Shown here: piece after piece, positions 10,094 to 20,366 of the stretch
Position numbering within the stretch: the stretch's first letter is position 1
How the letters are laid out: each line of letters starts with the position of its first letter
DNA from: Candidatus Latescibacterota bacterium
Lineage (GTDB): Bacteria; Latescibacterota; UBA2968; UBA8231
Direction of reading: 5' to 3'
Assembly (NCBI GenBank): GCA_964291625.2
Contig: OZ220089.1
Location: 1,536,001-1,600,000, forward strand
Length of the DNA: 64,000 nucleotides
Position numbers and translations under genes: made by a program
Notes under the pieces: generated by a model
Told to the model about the DNA's origin: nothing
Seen by the model: only the letters and a program-made list of their open reading frames with translations
The model's database searches: none

Positions 10094-11629
10094 ATGGGAC
10101 GCATTCCCAACCTGACTCTGATCCTCCTGCTCGCGGCCACCTTCTGGAGCCAGGCGGGAGCGGATGCCCGCGAGATGATGCGGCGCACCTACGCTCGCAG
10201 CGCTCCCGCCGAGTCGGGAAGCCGCCTGCGGCTCGAAGCCCACAACGCCGACATCACCATCACCGGCACCGGCGGCGACTCGCTGGCCGCGGAGGCCGTG
10301 GTCGAGATCAGCGGCGGCGACTCGGCGGCCGTGGAGGAGTACCTCCAGGCCGTGACCCTGGTCCTGGAGAGCGACGGAGACGGGTTCTACGCCCGCCTCG
10401 ACACGCCGGAACGGCCCGAGGGCGAGGTCACGACGGCCGTCGGCTTCCTGCGCGGGATGTTCTACGAGGACGGGGGAGCCAACCTCGGTCTGTCCATCTC
10501 CACGCGGCTGCGGGTGCGCGTGCCCCCGCGCTGTTCCGTCGATCTCTTCAACCGCTACGGCGACGTGCGCGTCGAAGGCCTCGACGGGGAGCTGAGCCTC
10601 GACAACAACTCCGGGGGCGTGGAGGTCCTCAACGCCGGCGGCTCCCTGTCGGCGGCCAACGACTACGGCGAGGTGGGGGTGCACGGTTTCCGCGGACCCG
10701 TGACCGTGAGGGGCAACAGCACCGAGGTCACCCTCTCGGAGGTGGACGGCGCGGTGAACGTCAGCACGTCCTACAAGGGGGTGCGCCTGGAGGGGGTGCG
10801 GGGACAGGTGACGGTGCAGAGCCTCAGCGGGGAGGTCACCGGCCGCGGCATCGAGGGCGACTGCACGGTGCGCAACTCCTACAAGAGGGTGGACCTCGAG
10901 GAGGTCTCCGGCTCCCTTAAGGTCGTCAGCCAGAGCGGCAGCGTGCGCCTGGACGGCGTCGGCGGCAACGCCTCGATCGAGTCGAGCTACAAGCCGGTCC
11001 GCGTCTCCCGCGTCGGCGGCGGACTCACCGTCAGCGCCAACTCCAGCGAGGTGGAGGTGGACCGGGTCGAAGGCGATGCCGCCATCGTCACCTCGTACAA
11101 GCCGATCCGGGTCGAGGACGTGAGCGGGAACCTCACCGTGAGCGGCACCTCGTCGGACGTGACGGTCGAGTCCGTGGAGGGCGACGCCGCCATCGTCACC
11201 TCGTACAAGTCGATCCGGGTCGAGGACGTGAACGGGAACCTCACCGTGAGCGGCACCTCGTCCAGCGTGACCGTCGGGTCCGTGGACGGCGACGTGACGG
11301 TGACCAACTCCTACAAGCCCGTCACCATCAAGGGCGCCTCGGGCTCGATCACCGTGCGCGGCCAGCACAGCCCCATCGAGGTCTCGCAGATCCCGCGCCG
11401 GACGCAGGGCGGAAGGATCACGCTGGCCACCTCCGGGAAGCCGGTCACCCTCGCCCTTCCCTCCGGCACCGGGTTCAACGCCTCCCTGCGGACGCGCCAC
11501 GGACGGATCCAGTCCGACTTTCCGGCGGCCACCCGCGGCGACCAGCGCAGCGCCCGGCTCACGGTCGGCGACGGTTCCGTGAAGATCAGCATCGACGCCG
11601 GCCAGGACATCAACCTGCGGCGGGAGTGA
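10094..11629 (+). CDS. DUF4097-family beta-strand repeat (adhesin-like) secreted protein
   Basis: Signal peptide; repeated GxVxVxxSYKxVxV units; RVRVPP; typical member of an ECF operon. Confidence 0.8.
   Translation: MGRIPNLTLILLLAATFWSQAGADAREMMRRTYARSAPAESGSRLRLEAHNADITITGTGGDSLAAEAVVEISGGDSAAVEEYLQAVTLVLESDGDGFYARLDTPERPEGEVTTAVGFLRGMFYEDGGANLGLSISTRLRVRVPPRCSVDLFNRYGDVRVEGLDGELSLDNNSGGVEVLNAGGSLSAANDYGEVGVHGFRGPVTVRGNSTEVTLSEVDGAVNVSTSYKGVRLEGVRGQVTVQSLSGEVTGRGIEGDCTVRNSYKRVDLEEVSGSLKVVSQSGSVRLDGVGGNASIESSYKPVRVSRVGGGLTVSANSSEVEVDRVEGDAAIVTSYKPIRVEDVSGNLTVSGTSSDVTVESVEGDAAIVTSYKSIRVEDVNGNLTVSGTSSSVTVGSVDGDVTVTNSYKPVTIKGASGSITVRGQHSPIEVSQIPRRTQGGRITLATSGKPVTLALPSGTGFNASLRTRHGRIQSDFPAATRGDQRSARLTVGDGSVKISIDAGQDINLRRE
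11072..11293 (+). repeat. tandem 108-bp intragenic duplication (2 copies)
   Basis: GDAAIVTSYK(P/S)IRVEDV(S/N)GNLTVSGTSS occurs twice at near-identical DNA level. Confidence 0.85.
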
Positions 11630-11716
11630 GGCGAGCCCATTGCCTGGAGCGGCGACGCACCGCCCGGGGCGCCGAGCCTACGCAGGAAGACCGATCCTGC
11701 ATGTTGGCCGGACTCT

Positions 11717-12858
11717 TCACCGAACATCCCGCATGATACCGAGCATGTCCTCTGCGAGCTGAGTCAGGACCTCAGCCGCGGGATCCTCCGAAACCGGCAT
11801 GCAGTCGGCGGGTCCGCTGATCTGCACATGATAGTCTGTCAACACGTTGGATCCGCGGATCGGGTTCCGCTCTGGACAGGAACGTTGAGTCTCATGGCCG
11901 AGAAGTCCCCCGCCAGTTCCAGGTCACCCTCAATGGTGTTGCTCACTTCAAACTCCGTCAGCTCACCGTCAGGAGTCCTCGCTCCATCCCGGTTGAGAAG
12001 ATCACCTCCACCAAATTCAACTGTTGCCTTGCGGGAGGTCTGAACCTGGCCCCCCATCACCAAGGAAGTGCGAGACTCCCGACTCCTGACAGCGAAGGCC
12101 ACGAACTCACCATCGGACAGCAAGACCGCTGTCAAGTCAGATCCTCGGAATATGGCTGGCATGCCATGGTAGTCCGTGTGCAGAGGGGGAATCTGGCATG
12201 GAACACCCTGAACCGTCCAGCTGCCATCCGAGTTCCTGGCAGCCGCGAAACGGGTGTCAAAGACATCGTCTTCTCTTATGTCATATTGTACACAGAAGTC
12301 ACCGAGACCTGTTATCGTGACCTGGCCACCAAAGACTTCCTGCGTAATGGGCTTGTCGCTCTTTCTGCACGAGCTTCCATCGGGCTTGACTGAGAACCTG
12401 ACCTGATAGGCCCCGGCTGGATAGCTGCAGCTCTCTCCTGGCCGCACCTCCATACCAACCTGACATGCTCCCAGGTCAATGGGCGGCTCGGTGACCGTTA
12501 CCTTGAAGATGACAGACGCCGATTGCGCGTTTGCCTGCCCGCTTGAGTCTGTGGCGTACACAGTGCAGGAGGTTGTCCCCACCCCCATGGCCGTGATGGT
12601 GATGGTCTTGTCCTCTATGGAGGACTGAGCAATCCCTCGGTCCTCGCAAGTGGCACTGATCGTATGCACGTCGACCACGTCCTCGTCCTCTATCCGGACT
12701 CTGACGGTCATGGTATCGCCGTCTTCCAGCGTCCGGTCGGAAATCTCCTCGACGACGGGTTGGGCGTTGCGCGGCACGGCGGCTGGATTGTCCCCGCCGC
12801 AACCTGCTTGGATGAGAGCGAACAGTGCAGCGGCAATGAGAACGACCAGATGCTTCAT
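11717..12858 (-). CDS. hypothetical lipoprotein with Ig-like domain; probable frameshift near 11870
   Basis: Lipobox-like QAGC; another frame continues ..IRGSNVLTDYHVQISG..GIMRDVR to a stop at 11717; lower GC than flanks. Confidence 0.55.
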
Positions 12859-13536
12859 TTCCGTTCCTCCCTCAAGGATCCGCCAACGGAGCTTCCCTCC
12901 AAGGGGGCAAGGTTACGCTCCAAGAGGACAGGGAGTGTCCGTTTCTGGAGGGGGCAGCCACGCCGGCGCCGGACGCCGTGGGCGATGGAAGCCGGACTGT
13001 GGCGCAACGTCACCCGCGAGCCGTCAGCAGTGGCCCCTGTCCGGCTATCCGGCGGTGGAAATGCTGACGCGGAGCTGGCAGGTCGACGAGAGCGGCGGAC
13101 CTGGTTCCGGGGCTGGGTCGCAGGCCCTGGCCGCCTGGAGCCGGGGGGGGTCGACCGGCCGCTGACCCTCGACGGCGAGCCGATGCATAGCAGCTGCTGG
13201 GAGAGCGGACGCAGGAGAAGACCTGGCTCGCCGCCAGCCTGGCCCGGACCGTGGGGGCCTTCGTCATGACGCCGGCCGACCGGATCGACGGTCTGGACGC
13301 GGAAACCTTCGTGCTCCGTCTACCGCGCCGCCCTGGGCCGCGACCCCTCCCCGACGATCTGCGCATCCGTGTGCGGGAGCTGGCCGCCGGCAAGGGGAGG
13401 GCCGCCCTCATCGAGGAGGTCCAAGGCTCGGACGAGGCGCGCCGGCGCCGGATCGGCGAGGTCCTCGGAAGAGCCGCGGAGATCGCCGAGAGCCCTGAGC
13501 CAGGTTCGTGGCTCGCGGGGCCGGCCGCCTGAGCCG

Positions 13537-14361
13537 CTACGGCTCCAGGTCCTCCACCCGGACCGACTGCTTCCACTGGTCGTAGTCGGCGGTCATCGCC
13601 TCCGACCAGGCCCGGTCGACCTCGCCCGGGGTGTAGACGCCCTCGCGGATGCGCATCTTGCCGAAGTAGTCGCGCATGCGCGTCTCCTCCGACTTCTCCA
13701 CGACCTCCGCCGCCAGCTTCGGCGGCACGAAGACGATCCCCGAGGGCGTGCCCAGCACCACGTCGCCGGGCATGACCGTGGCCTCGCCGATGCGCACGGG
13801 GCCGTTGATCTCGGCCAGGGTCACGTCGCCGATGGCGGTGGGGTGGACGTCGCGGCAGAACACGTTCATCGGCAGCTGGGCCACGCGCTGGGCGTCGCGG
13901 ATCGAGCCGTCCACCACCAGCCCGGTGCCCCCGGTGCGGGTGGCGATGGCGGTGCCGAGGTTGTCGCCGATGAAGGTGCCGCGCTCGATCTTGCCGAAGA
14001 GCTCGACGACGAGGACGTCGTTGTTCTCCAGGGTGTCGATGACCCACGAGTTCTGGCCGCCCACGCGCTCCTTCTCCTTGCCCTCCTCCTCCACCAGGGC
14101 GTGCAGGTCGGGGCGCTGCGGCACGTAGCGGCAGGTGACGGCGCGGCCCACGAGGATCCGCTCCGGGTGCAGGTTCATCCAGCCGCCGTCGTACTGCAGC
14201 CGGAACTCGTGGCCCATGAGCACGCCCCAGGCCTCCTCGGTGGTCACCCTCTTCATGCGCTCCAGGATGTCGTCGGGCACCAGGGGCCGGCCGAAGCGGT
14301 CCCTGGGCAGGTCGCAGTCACGGGTGAGCTCGGCGTTGCGGTCCGGGCAGTTCAGTTCCAT
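13537..14361 (-). CDS. RraA-family / HMG-CHA aldolase-like protein
   Basis: GRAVT, GDNL, VVDGSIRD, VMPGDVVLG motifs. Confidence 0.85.
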   Translation of the reverse strand: MELNCPDRNAELTRDCDLPRDRFGRPLVPDDILERMKRVTTEEAWGVLMGHEFRLQYDGGWMNLHPERILVGRAVTCRYVPQRPDLHALVEEEGKEKERVGGQNSWVIDTLENNDVLVVELFGKIERGTFIGDNLGTAIATRTGGTGLVVDGSIRDAQRVAQLPMNVFCRDVHPTAIGDVTLAEINGPVRIGEATVMPGDVVLGTPSGIVFVPPKLAAEVVEKSEETRMRDYFGKMRIREGVYTPGEVDRAWSEAMTADYDQWKQSVRVEDLEP

Positions 14362-14533
14362 CCATCGCCTCGTTTCGTCTTGATGGGGTTCACGGATCTA
14401 GCGATAGAATAGACACGATCCGCCTCCCGGGGCACGGCCCCGCCCCGCCGCCGCCGTCGCCCGGATCTCCCGCATCGCCTAAGATTCCCGCCCCCCGCGC
14501 CCACCGGCGCCACCTCTTACGCGAGAGACCCAC

Positions 14534-16015
14534 GTGAGCGAACGGCCCAACCTCCTCTACCTGCACTCCGACCAGCACAGCCCCTTCGTGGCCGGCTGCT
14601 ACGGCGACGAGCTGGTCCGCACCCCCCACCTCGACCGCCTCGCCTCCCGGGGCGTCGTCCTCGACGCCTGCTACTGCCCCTCTCCCCTGTGCGTGCCGTC
14701 GCGCATGTCCGCCCTCACCGGCCGCCACCCCTTCGAGAACCGGGTCTGGACCAACAGCCACGTCCTCGACTCCGCCATCCCCACCCTGGCCCACTCCATG
14801 GGCGCCGGCGGCCTCCGCCCGGCCCTGATCGGCCGCATGCACGCCCTCGGCCCCGACCAGCTCCACGGCTACGCCGAGCGCCTCGTGGGCGACCACGGCC
14901 CCAACCACCTCGGCGGGCGCGGCGTCGACCACGGCGAGCTGACCGGCACGGCGGGTCCGGCGCGGGTCAGCCTGGTCAAATCGGGGCCGGGCCAGAGCGC
15001 CTACCAGGTCCACGACGAGGACGTGACGGACCACGCCGTGGACTGGCTGAACCGCCTCGGGGAGCGCCGCCGGGCGGGGGAGGACGAGCCTTTCTCCCTC
15101 TCCGTGGGCTTCATGCTGCCCCATCAGCCCTTCGTCGCCCGGGCCGAGGACTACGCCCGGTACGAGGGCCGCATGACCTTGCCGCGGACGCCCGAACCGT
15201 TCTCCGACGCCCTGCACCCGCACCTGCGGGCCTGGCGCCGGGCCTGCGGCATCGAGGAGGTGACGGAGGAGGAAGTCCTGCGGGCGCGCACCGCCTACTG
15301 GGCCCTGGTGACCCGGCTCGACCACATGATCGGCCGCATCCTCCAGGCCCTGGAGGCCGCCGGCCTGGCGGAGAGCACCCTCGTCCTCTACACCTCCGAC
15401 CACGGCGAGCAGGTGGGCGAGCACGGCCTGTGGTGGAAGCAGACCTTCTACGAGGACTCGGTGCGGGTGCCGGCGGTCCTGTCGTGGCCCGGGCGGCTGC
15501 CCGAGGGCGAGCGCTGCGGCCGGGTGACCAGCAGCCTGGACCTGAACGCCACCATGCTCGACGCCCTGGAGTGCCCGCCCCTGCCCCACTCCCGGGGCCG
15601 CAGCCTGCTGCCGCTGCTGCGGGCGCCGGGGACGGCGGAGTGGGAGGACGTCGCCTTCAGCGAGTTCTGCCTGGACGAAGCGGGGGCCGCCGGACCCGTG
15701 GCGGGGGAGGTGGTGCAGCGGATGGTCCGCCGCGGGCCGTGGAAGCTGAACTACTACGACGGCCAGCCCAGCCAGCTCTTCCACCTGGAGGAGGACCCCC
15801 GCGAGACCCGCGACCGCGCCGCGGACCCGGCCTGCGCCGGGGTACGGGCCGAGCTGGAGCGCCTGGTGCTCGACGGCTGGGACCCGGCGTGGGTGCGGGA
15901 GCAGCTGGCGCGGAGGCGGGCCGAGGGGCGGGTGCTGGCCGAGTGGGGGCGGCGGGTGCAGCCGCCGGACGTGTGCCGGTGGGACCTGCGGCCGGAGATG
16001 GACTACCTGGATTGA
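14534..16015 (+). CDS. sulfatase (choline-sulfatase-like)
   Basis: PNLLYLHSDQH, CVPSR formylglycine motif, TSDHGE. Confidence 0.92.
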   Translation: MSERPNLLYLHSDQHSPFVAGCYGDELVRTPHLDRLASRGVVLDACYCPSPLCVPSRMSALTGRHPFENRVWTNSHVLDSAIPTLAHSMGAGGLRPALIGRMHALGPDQLHGYAERLVGDHGPNHLGGRGVDHGELTGTAGPARVSLVKSGPGQSAYQVHDEDVTDHAVDWLNRLGERRRAGEDEPFSLSVGFMLPHQPFVARAEDYARYEGRMTLPRTPEPFSDALHPHLRAWRRACGIEEVTEEEVLRARTAYWALVTRLDHMIGRILQALEAAGLAESTLVLYTSDHGEQVGEHGLWWKQTFYEDSVRVPAVLSWPGRLPEGERCGRVTSSLDLNATMLDALECPPLPHSRGRSLLPLLRAPGTAEWEDVAFSEFCLDEAGAAGPVAGEVVQRMVRRGPWKLNYYDGQPSQLFHLEEDPRETRDRAADPACAGVRAELERLVLDGWDPAWVREQLARRRAEGRVLAEWGRRVQPPDVCRWDLRPEMDYLD

Positions 16016-16060
16016 GGCGATAGATGAATGCTCACAGACAGGCCGAGCTAGTCTGTTGCC

Positions 16061-17350
16061 ATGGAGCAAGAGGGTCCCTCAATCGCGGAGGAGGTCGTGA
16101 TGGCTCAGGAGTCTGGTAGGCCCCATGCGGTGCTCCGATTCTGGTCAAGAGTCGTACGAAGAGTTGACACCATTCCTGTCTTTCGAGCGATCTTGGTTGG
16201 ACTTCTACTTCTCCTGGGCATTGTGTTTCTCACTGTAATGTGCTCAGACAATCCTTCGTGGGCTCTCGACCTCCTGGGAACCAAGGAACTGGAGAGATCC
16301 AAGTACGAGACTCTGAAGTTCCTGGGACTAGCTATGGGCGGCATCTTGGTAGCGCTACAGGCACTGATGTCATACAGACGCGCCAACGCAATGGAGGATA
16401 GAGTTTCGACTTCTGAACAGGGCCAGCAGCACGAACGCCTAAAGAATGCGATTGAGCATTTGGGCAACAAGAAGCAGTCTGTGCGATTGGGCGGAGCCTA
16501 CGAGCTCTTCCATCTGGCAAAGGAAGGTGAAGAGCTGAATGACATGGTGCTTGATATCCTATGTGCACACATTCGGAGAACGACAGCCAAGCGAAAGTAC
16601 CAGAGAAGGTACCGCACAAATCCCTCTGAGGAGATTCAGAGCCTCCTGAGGCTTGTATTCGTGCAGGACTACGAACCCTTGGACAGCTCCTACGCCGACC
16701 TGCAGGGCGCTTGGCTGAATGGTGCCCAGCTTGGGGGAGCACGGTTGCACGGGGCTGATCTTGAAAGTGCGTACCTAAAAGGTGCAAATCTTGTCCAAGC
16801 AAGTCTGCAAGGAGCTTCCCTTGACAAGGCGCAACTGCAAATGGCTTTCCTTGTCCGCGCACACCTCGAAGGGGTGTCCTTTGAACAAGCAAACCTCCAG
16901 GGAGCATACCTTGACTGTGCACATCTCCAAGGAGCTTCCCTTGTCGAAGCACAAGTCCAGGGGGCCTCTGTCGGTGAAGCAGACCTAAGAGGGGTACGAA
17001 GCAATGATCCGCCGGTCGACTACAGTGAAATTGCTAGAGAAGTGACGGCTTCCAGCGGCTTCCAAGAAGTGATGAGGGATTCGATCGGACTCAAGACTGA
17101 TGTATCAGGAGCAGTGCTGAATGGCGGCTTGAGCAAGAGTGCCATAGAGTCTTCCACTGAGAACCTGTCAGAGGACACAGCAAAGGAGTTGCGGAAACTA
17201 CTCAAGCCGCACATTGCTATGCCAGATAGCGCTGAACTTCCCGAAGACAGCTCTGTTCGTGTCGGAACCTACAATAGGGCAGAAGCCGATGAGTGGATTA
17301 CCGCATACGAACGCCAAGTGGACGAGAGGCATGGGCATCCAGCAAGCTGA
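16061..17350 (+). CDS. pentapeptide-repeat membrane protein
   Basis: Two N-terminal TM segments, VRLGGAYEL, A(D/N/H)LxG pentapeptide repeats; lower GC. Confidence 0.85.
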   Translation: MEQEGPSIAEEVVMAQESGRPHAVLRFWSRVVRRVDTIPVFRAILVGLLLLLGIVFLTVMCSDNPSWALDLLGTKELERSKYETLKFLGLAMGGILVALQALMSYRRANAMEDRVSTSEQGQQHERLKNAIEHLGNKKQSVRLGGAYELFHLAKEGEELNDMVLDILCAHIRRTTAKRKYQRRYRTNPSEEIQSLLRLVFVQDYEPLDSSYADLQGAWLNGAQLGGARLHGADLESAYLKGANLVQASLQGASLDKAQLQMAFLVRAHLEGVSFEQANLQGAYLDCAHLQGASLVEAQVQGASVGEADLRGVRSNDPPVDYSEIAREVTASSGFQEVMRDSIGLKTDVSGAVLNGGLSKSAIESSTENLSEDTAKELRKLLKPHIAMPDSAELPEDSSVRVGTYNRAEADEWITAYERQVDERHGHPAS

Positions 17351-17442
17351 GACGACTCCGCCACTTCCCCCTCGCTCCGCTGCCCCGTTTTTCTGAATCC
17401 GCCACTCTCCCCTTGGGGACTCCCTAAACGTCGGAAGGAAGG

Positions 17443-18078
17443 ATGCCAATCGAAGTCTTCGACTACCGCCGCGACGTGCGCAACATCTTCGTCTCCTCGC
17501 AGATGCGCTCGCGATTCCTGCGCATGGAGCCGGGACAGCAGGCGGACCTGCACAGCCACGACCTGGGCCACGAGATCTTCCTCATCCTGCAGGGGAGGGC
17601 GCGGTTCGAGATCTCGGGAGAGGTGGCCGATCTCGGGCCGGGGCAGGCCTGCTTCGCCCTGGCCCACGAGCCCCACCGGGTCAGCGTGATCGGCGACGAG
17701 CCGATGACCATGTATCTCTCGGTGACGCCGCACGTGCAGCCCACGCACACGGGGCGCACCGAGGACGGGGAACGGCTGCCCGTCCGCTTCCAGCCGTCAT
17801 CCGCCTACGACGTGGAGGAGGACCCGGCCCCGGCGGAGGAACTGCTGGAGGGCTTCGTCGGCCTGGCGGAGGAACTGGCCTCGGCGGCTGCCACCGCGGC
17901 CGGGGAGCAGCGCGAGGCGGGGGCCCGCCTGCGGGAGGCTCTCGCCGCCGGCGACGAGGAAGCCGCCGGACGCCACCGCGAGGCGATGTGGCTCGCCCTG
18001 CGCGGCGTGGTCGACAAGCTCCACGAGACCGCCGAGCAGTGGAACCGGCTGGCGCCGCGGGCGGGGAAGACCGGATGA
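17443..18078 (+). CDS. cupin-domain protein
   Basis: HSHDLGHE..LQG..EPH cupin motifs. Confidence 0.8.
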   Translation: MPIEVFDYRRDVRNIFVSSQMRSRFLRMEPGQQADLHSHDLGHEIFLILQGRARFEISGEVADLGPGQACFALAHEPHRVSVIGDEPMTMYLSVTPHVQPTHTGRTEDGERLPVRFQPSSAYDVEEDPAPAEELLEGFVGLAEELASAAATAAGEQREAGARLREALAAGDEEAAGRHREAMWLALRGVVDKLHETAEQWNRLAPRAGKTG

Positions 18079-19154
18079 GCGCGGCTCCCCGGCTGCGGAT
18101 CGGTGTCGTCGGCTGCGGCGCCGTGGCCCAGGTGCAGCACCTGCCCAACCTCGCCTTCCTGCGCGAGGAGTTCGAGATCGCCGGCCTCTGCGACCTGTCC
18201 GCGACGCTGGCGCGCTCCGCCGCCGAGGAGTACCGCGTCCCCGACTGGTTCACGGACCTGCGCGACCTGCTGGCCGCCGATCCCGACGCCGTCCTGCTGT
18301 GCCAGTCCGACCCCAAGGTGAGCGCCGCCCTCCAGGTGCTGGAGTCCGGCCGCCACCTGCTCCTCGAGAAGCCGGTGGCCTTCGTCCCCGAGGACGTGGA
18401 CCGCATGGCCAGCGCCGCCGCCGACGCCGGGGTCGTGGCCCAGGCGGCGTACATGAAGCTCTACGATCCCGCCTTCCGCCTGCTGGAGCGCGAGGTCGGG
18501 GCCATGGGGCCGGAGCCGCGCTTCGCCCAGGTGAACCACCTGCACACGGACAACCGCCATCACCTCGCCCACTTCCGGCTGCGGCGCGCCGACGACCTGC
18601 CGGACTCGGCCCTCCGAGAGACGACCGCCACCCGCAACGCCGACGCCGCCCGCGCCCTCGGCGACGTCCCCGGCCACGTGCGCTCCGCCTTCTTCCACCT
18701 CGCCGGCAGCATGATCCACGACCTCTACGGACTGCGCTACCTCTTCGGGCCGCCGGAACGCGTGGCCGCCACGGAGATCTGGGACGGCGGGCTGGGGATC
18801 AGCACGATCCTCAGGTGGTCCGGCGGCCTGCGCTGCGCCGCCACCTGGGTCGAGCTGGAGCGCATCCGCCACTTCCGCGAGACCCTGGAGGTCTACGGTC
18901 CGGACCGAGGCGTGATCCTCTCCTACCCGACGGGGTTCTCGCGGGGGCAGTTGAGCGAGGTGGTGATCCGCGGGGTCTCGGAGGAGGGCGAGCCCTTCGA
19001 GCGCCGGCCCTCCGTCGACTGGGAAAGCCCCTTCGTCGCCGAGCTGCGCCACTTCCACGCCTGCGTGACCGAGGGGGAGGCCTGCCGCACGCCGCTGGCG
19101 GAGGCCCGCCACGACGTGCAGCTGGTGGTGGACATCGCCCGCACGGCTAACTGA
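18075..19154 (+). CDS. Gfo/Idh/MocA family oxidoreductase
   Basis: IGVVGCG, HLLLEKP. Confidence 0.9.
   Translation: MSAAPRLRIGVVGCGAVAQVQHLPNLAFLREEFEIAGLCDLSATLARSAAEEYRVPDWFTDLRDLLAADPDAVLLCQSDPKVSAALQVLESGRHLLLEKPVAFVPEDVDRMASAAADAGVVAQAAYMKLYDPAFRLLEREVGAMGPEPRFAQVNHLHTDNRHHLAHFRLRRADDLPDSALRETTATRNADAARALGDVPGHVRSAFFHLAGSMIHDLYGLRYLFGPPERVAATEIWDGGLGISTILRWSGGLRCAATWVELERIRHFRETLEVYGPDRGVILSYPTGFSRGQLSEVVIRGVSEEGEPFERRPSVDWESPFVAELRHFHACVTEGEACRTPLAEARHDVQLVVDIARTAN
18395..19142 (+). repeat. 748-bp direct repeat, copy 1 (copy 2 at 33953-34700)
   Basis: Colinear with no indels; about 30-35 mismatches by eye (~96% identity). Confidence 0.92.
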
Positions 19155-19375
19155 CCCCTCCGGCCTCCACGCGTGGGGCCGCACCTCCAGGTCCAGACGA
19201 TCAGCCAGTTCGTCTTCGGCTAAATCCAACTCATAGCGGGCCAGACGCAGGGCCGTATCCGCGGAGATGCCTCGCTTGCCCAGGACGATCTCGTTGATAC
19301 GCCGGGGCGGCACTCCTATTGCGAGGGCCAGGCGGTTCTGGCTGAGGTCATCGGCTTGAGGAACTCCTTCAGCCC
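19155..19375 (-). pseudogene. higA: HigA antitoxin relic
   Basis: LKEFLKPM, then a frameshift to LSQNRLALAIGVPPRRINEIVLGKRGISADTALRLARY..ELDLAED; internal deletion. Confidence 0.75.
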
Positions 19376-19379
19376 CCCA

Positions 19380-19737
19380 GCGCCATGGCAAGGCTCCGTA
19401 CCCGGGGTGAGTCCGAGTGAGCAGGGCCAATCTCACTCCTCCCAGGAGGGCCGCCTGCATCCTGCGCGTCCCATCGACCACCTGCTCGATCCAGTAGAAC
19501 GCCCACTGCAGGAACGCATAGAACAGGGACAGGGACAGGCGGCCGATGGGGAGCACGTGCTGGGTAGGCCAGAAGCAGAGGGCATAGGCCATTCCGGCGA
19601 TGAACCCGGCAGAGCGCGAACGGTACAGGCTGGCCGCCAAGGGTTACATAGCCGATGCCGGAAGACACGTGCGCGGTGCGCAGGACGACCTTCACTGACA
19701 GGAAGAAGTCGCCGAGGACCATATGGACGAGCCCCAC
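19380..19737 (-). pseudogene. fragment of a polytopic membrane protein
   Basis: Hydrophobic frameshifted stretches (AGFIAGMAYAL.., LFYAFLQWAFY..). Confidence 0.3.
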
Positions 19738-20366
19738 GAGGCAGAAGAAGACTGGGCCGTAGGTCTGGAGGACGGGAGACCCCGTTCCGACGTAGACCGT
19801 CCAGACGGGGAGTTGGCTGTCCGCGATGGCCCGGGCAGCCTGCCAGGAAGAGGAAAGGTGAGCGGAGGCGTCAGCAGCCCAAGCGTCTTGTGTGGATCAG
19901 CGAAGCACTTCTGCAGGAAGTCCGTTAGAGCGTGGTGGAGAGCGCAGCATCCCCTAGGTGGGAAACCGAGACCTACCCACGCGGTTCCTGGTGGCACTAC
20001 CTACCCGATTCCGCTGCATGGACAGCGGCGGCTTTCCCTTGGAGGTCCGACCGTCAGAAAGGGGATCGAAGAAGAGGACACGGCCTTCTCACCTGAATCC
20101 TGCAACCAAGTCTTGTCGCACTTCGTGCGCGCAGCACATCATGATGCCGTTGGCGACCTCCTCCCACGGGAAAAGTCCCTGTTGTTCTCGTCATGGATGA
20201 TGGCGTGGCCAAACATCTCCAGCAGCGGCTTCGGCGCATCGTTGTCCGTCGGGTATTTCCGCAGATCGCTGCCGTAGCCATATCCTCCCGAGAGGGCACC
20301 TTTGTTGCACGGGCCTCCCATGTCGATCACGCCCAGTCTTCTCCCGAAAACCGCACGCCATGTCCC

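Noticed and set aside
12960-13532. Possible gene(s) between the lipoprotein and RraA
   Set aside because: Looks like a multiply frameshifted remnant with no recognisable motif
19740-20365. Short ORFs left of IS630
   Set aside because: Fragmentary, with no assignable family
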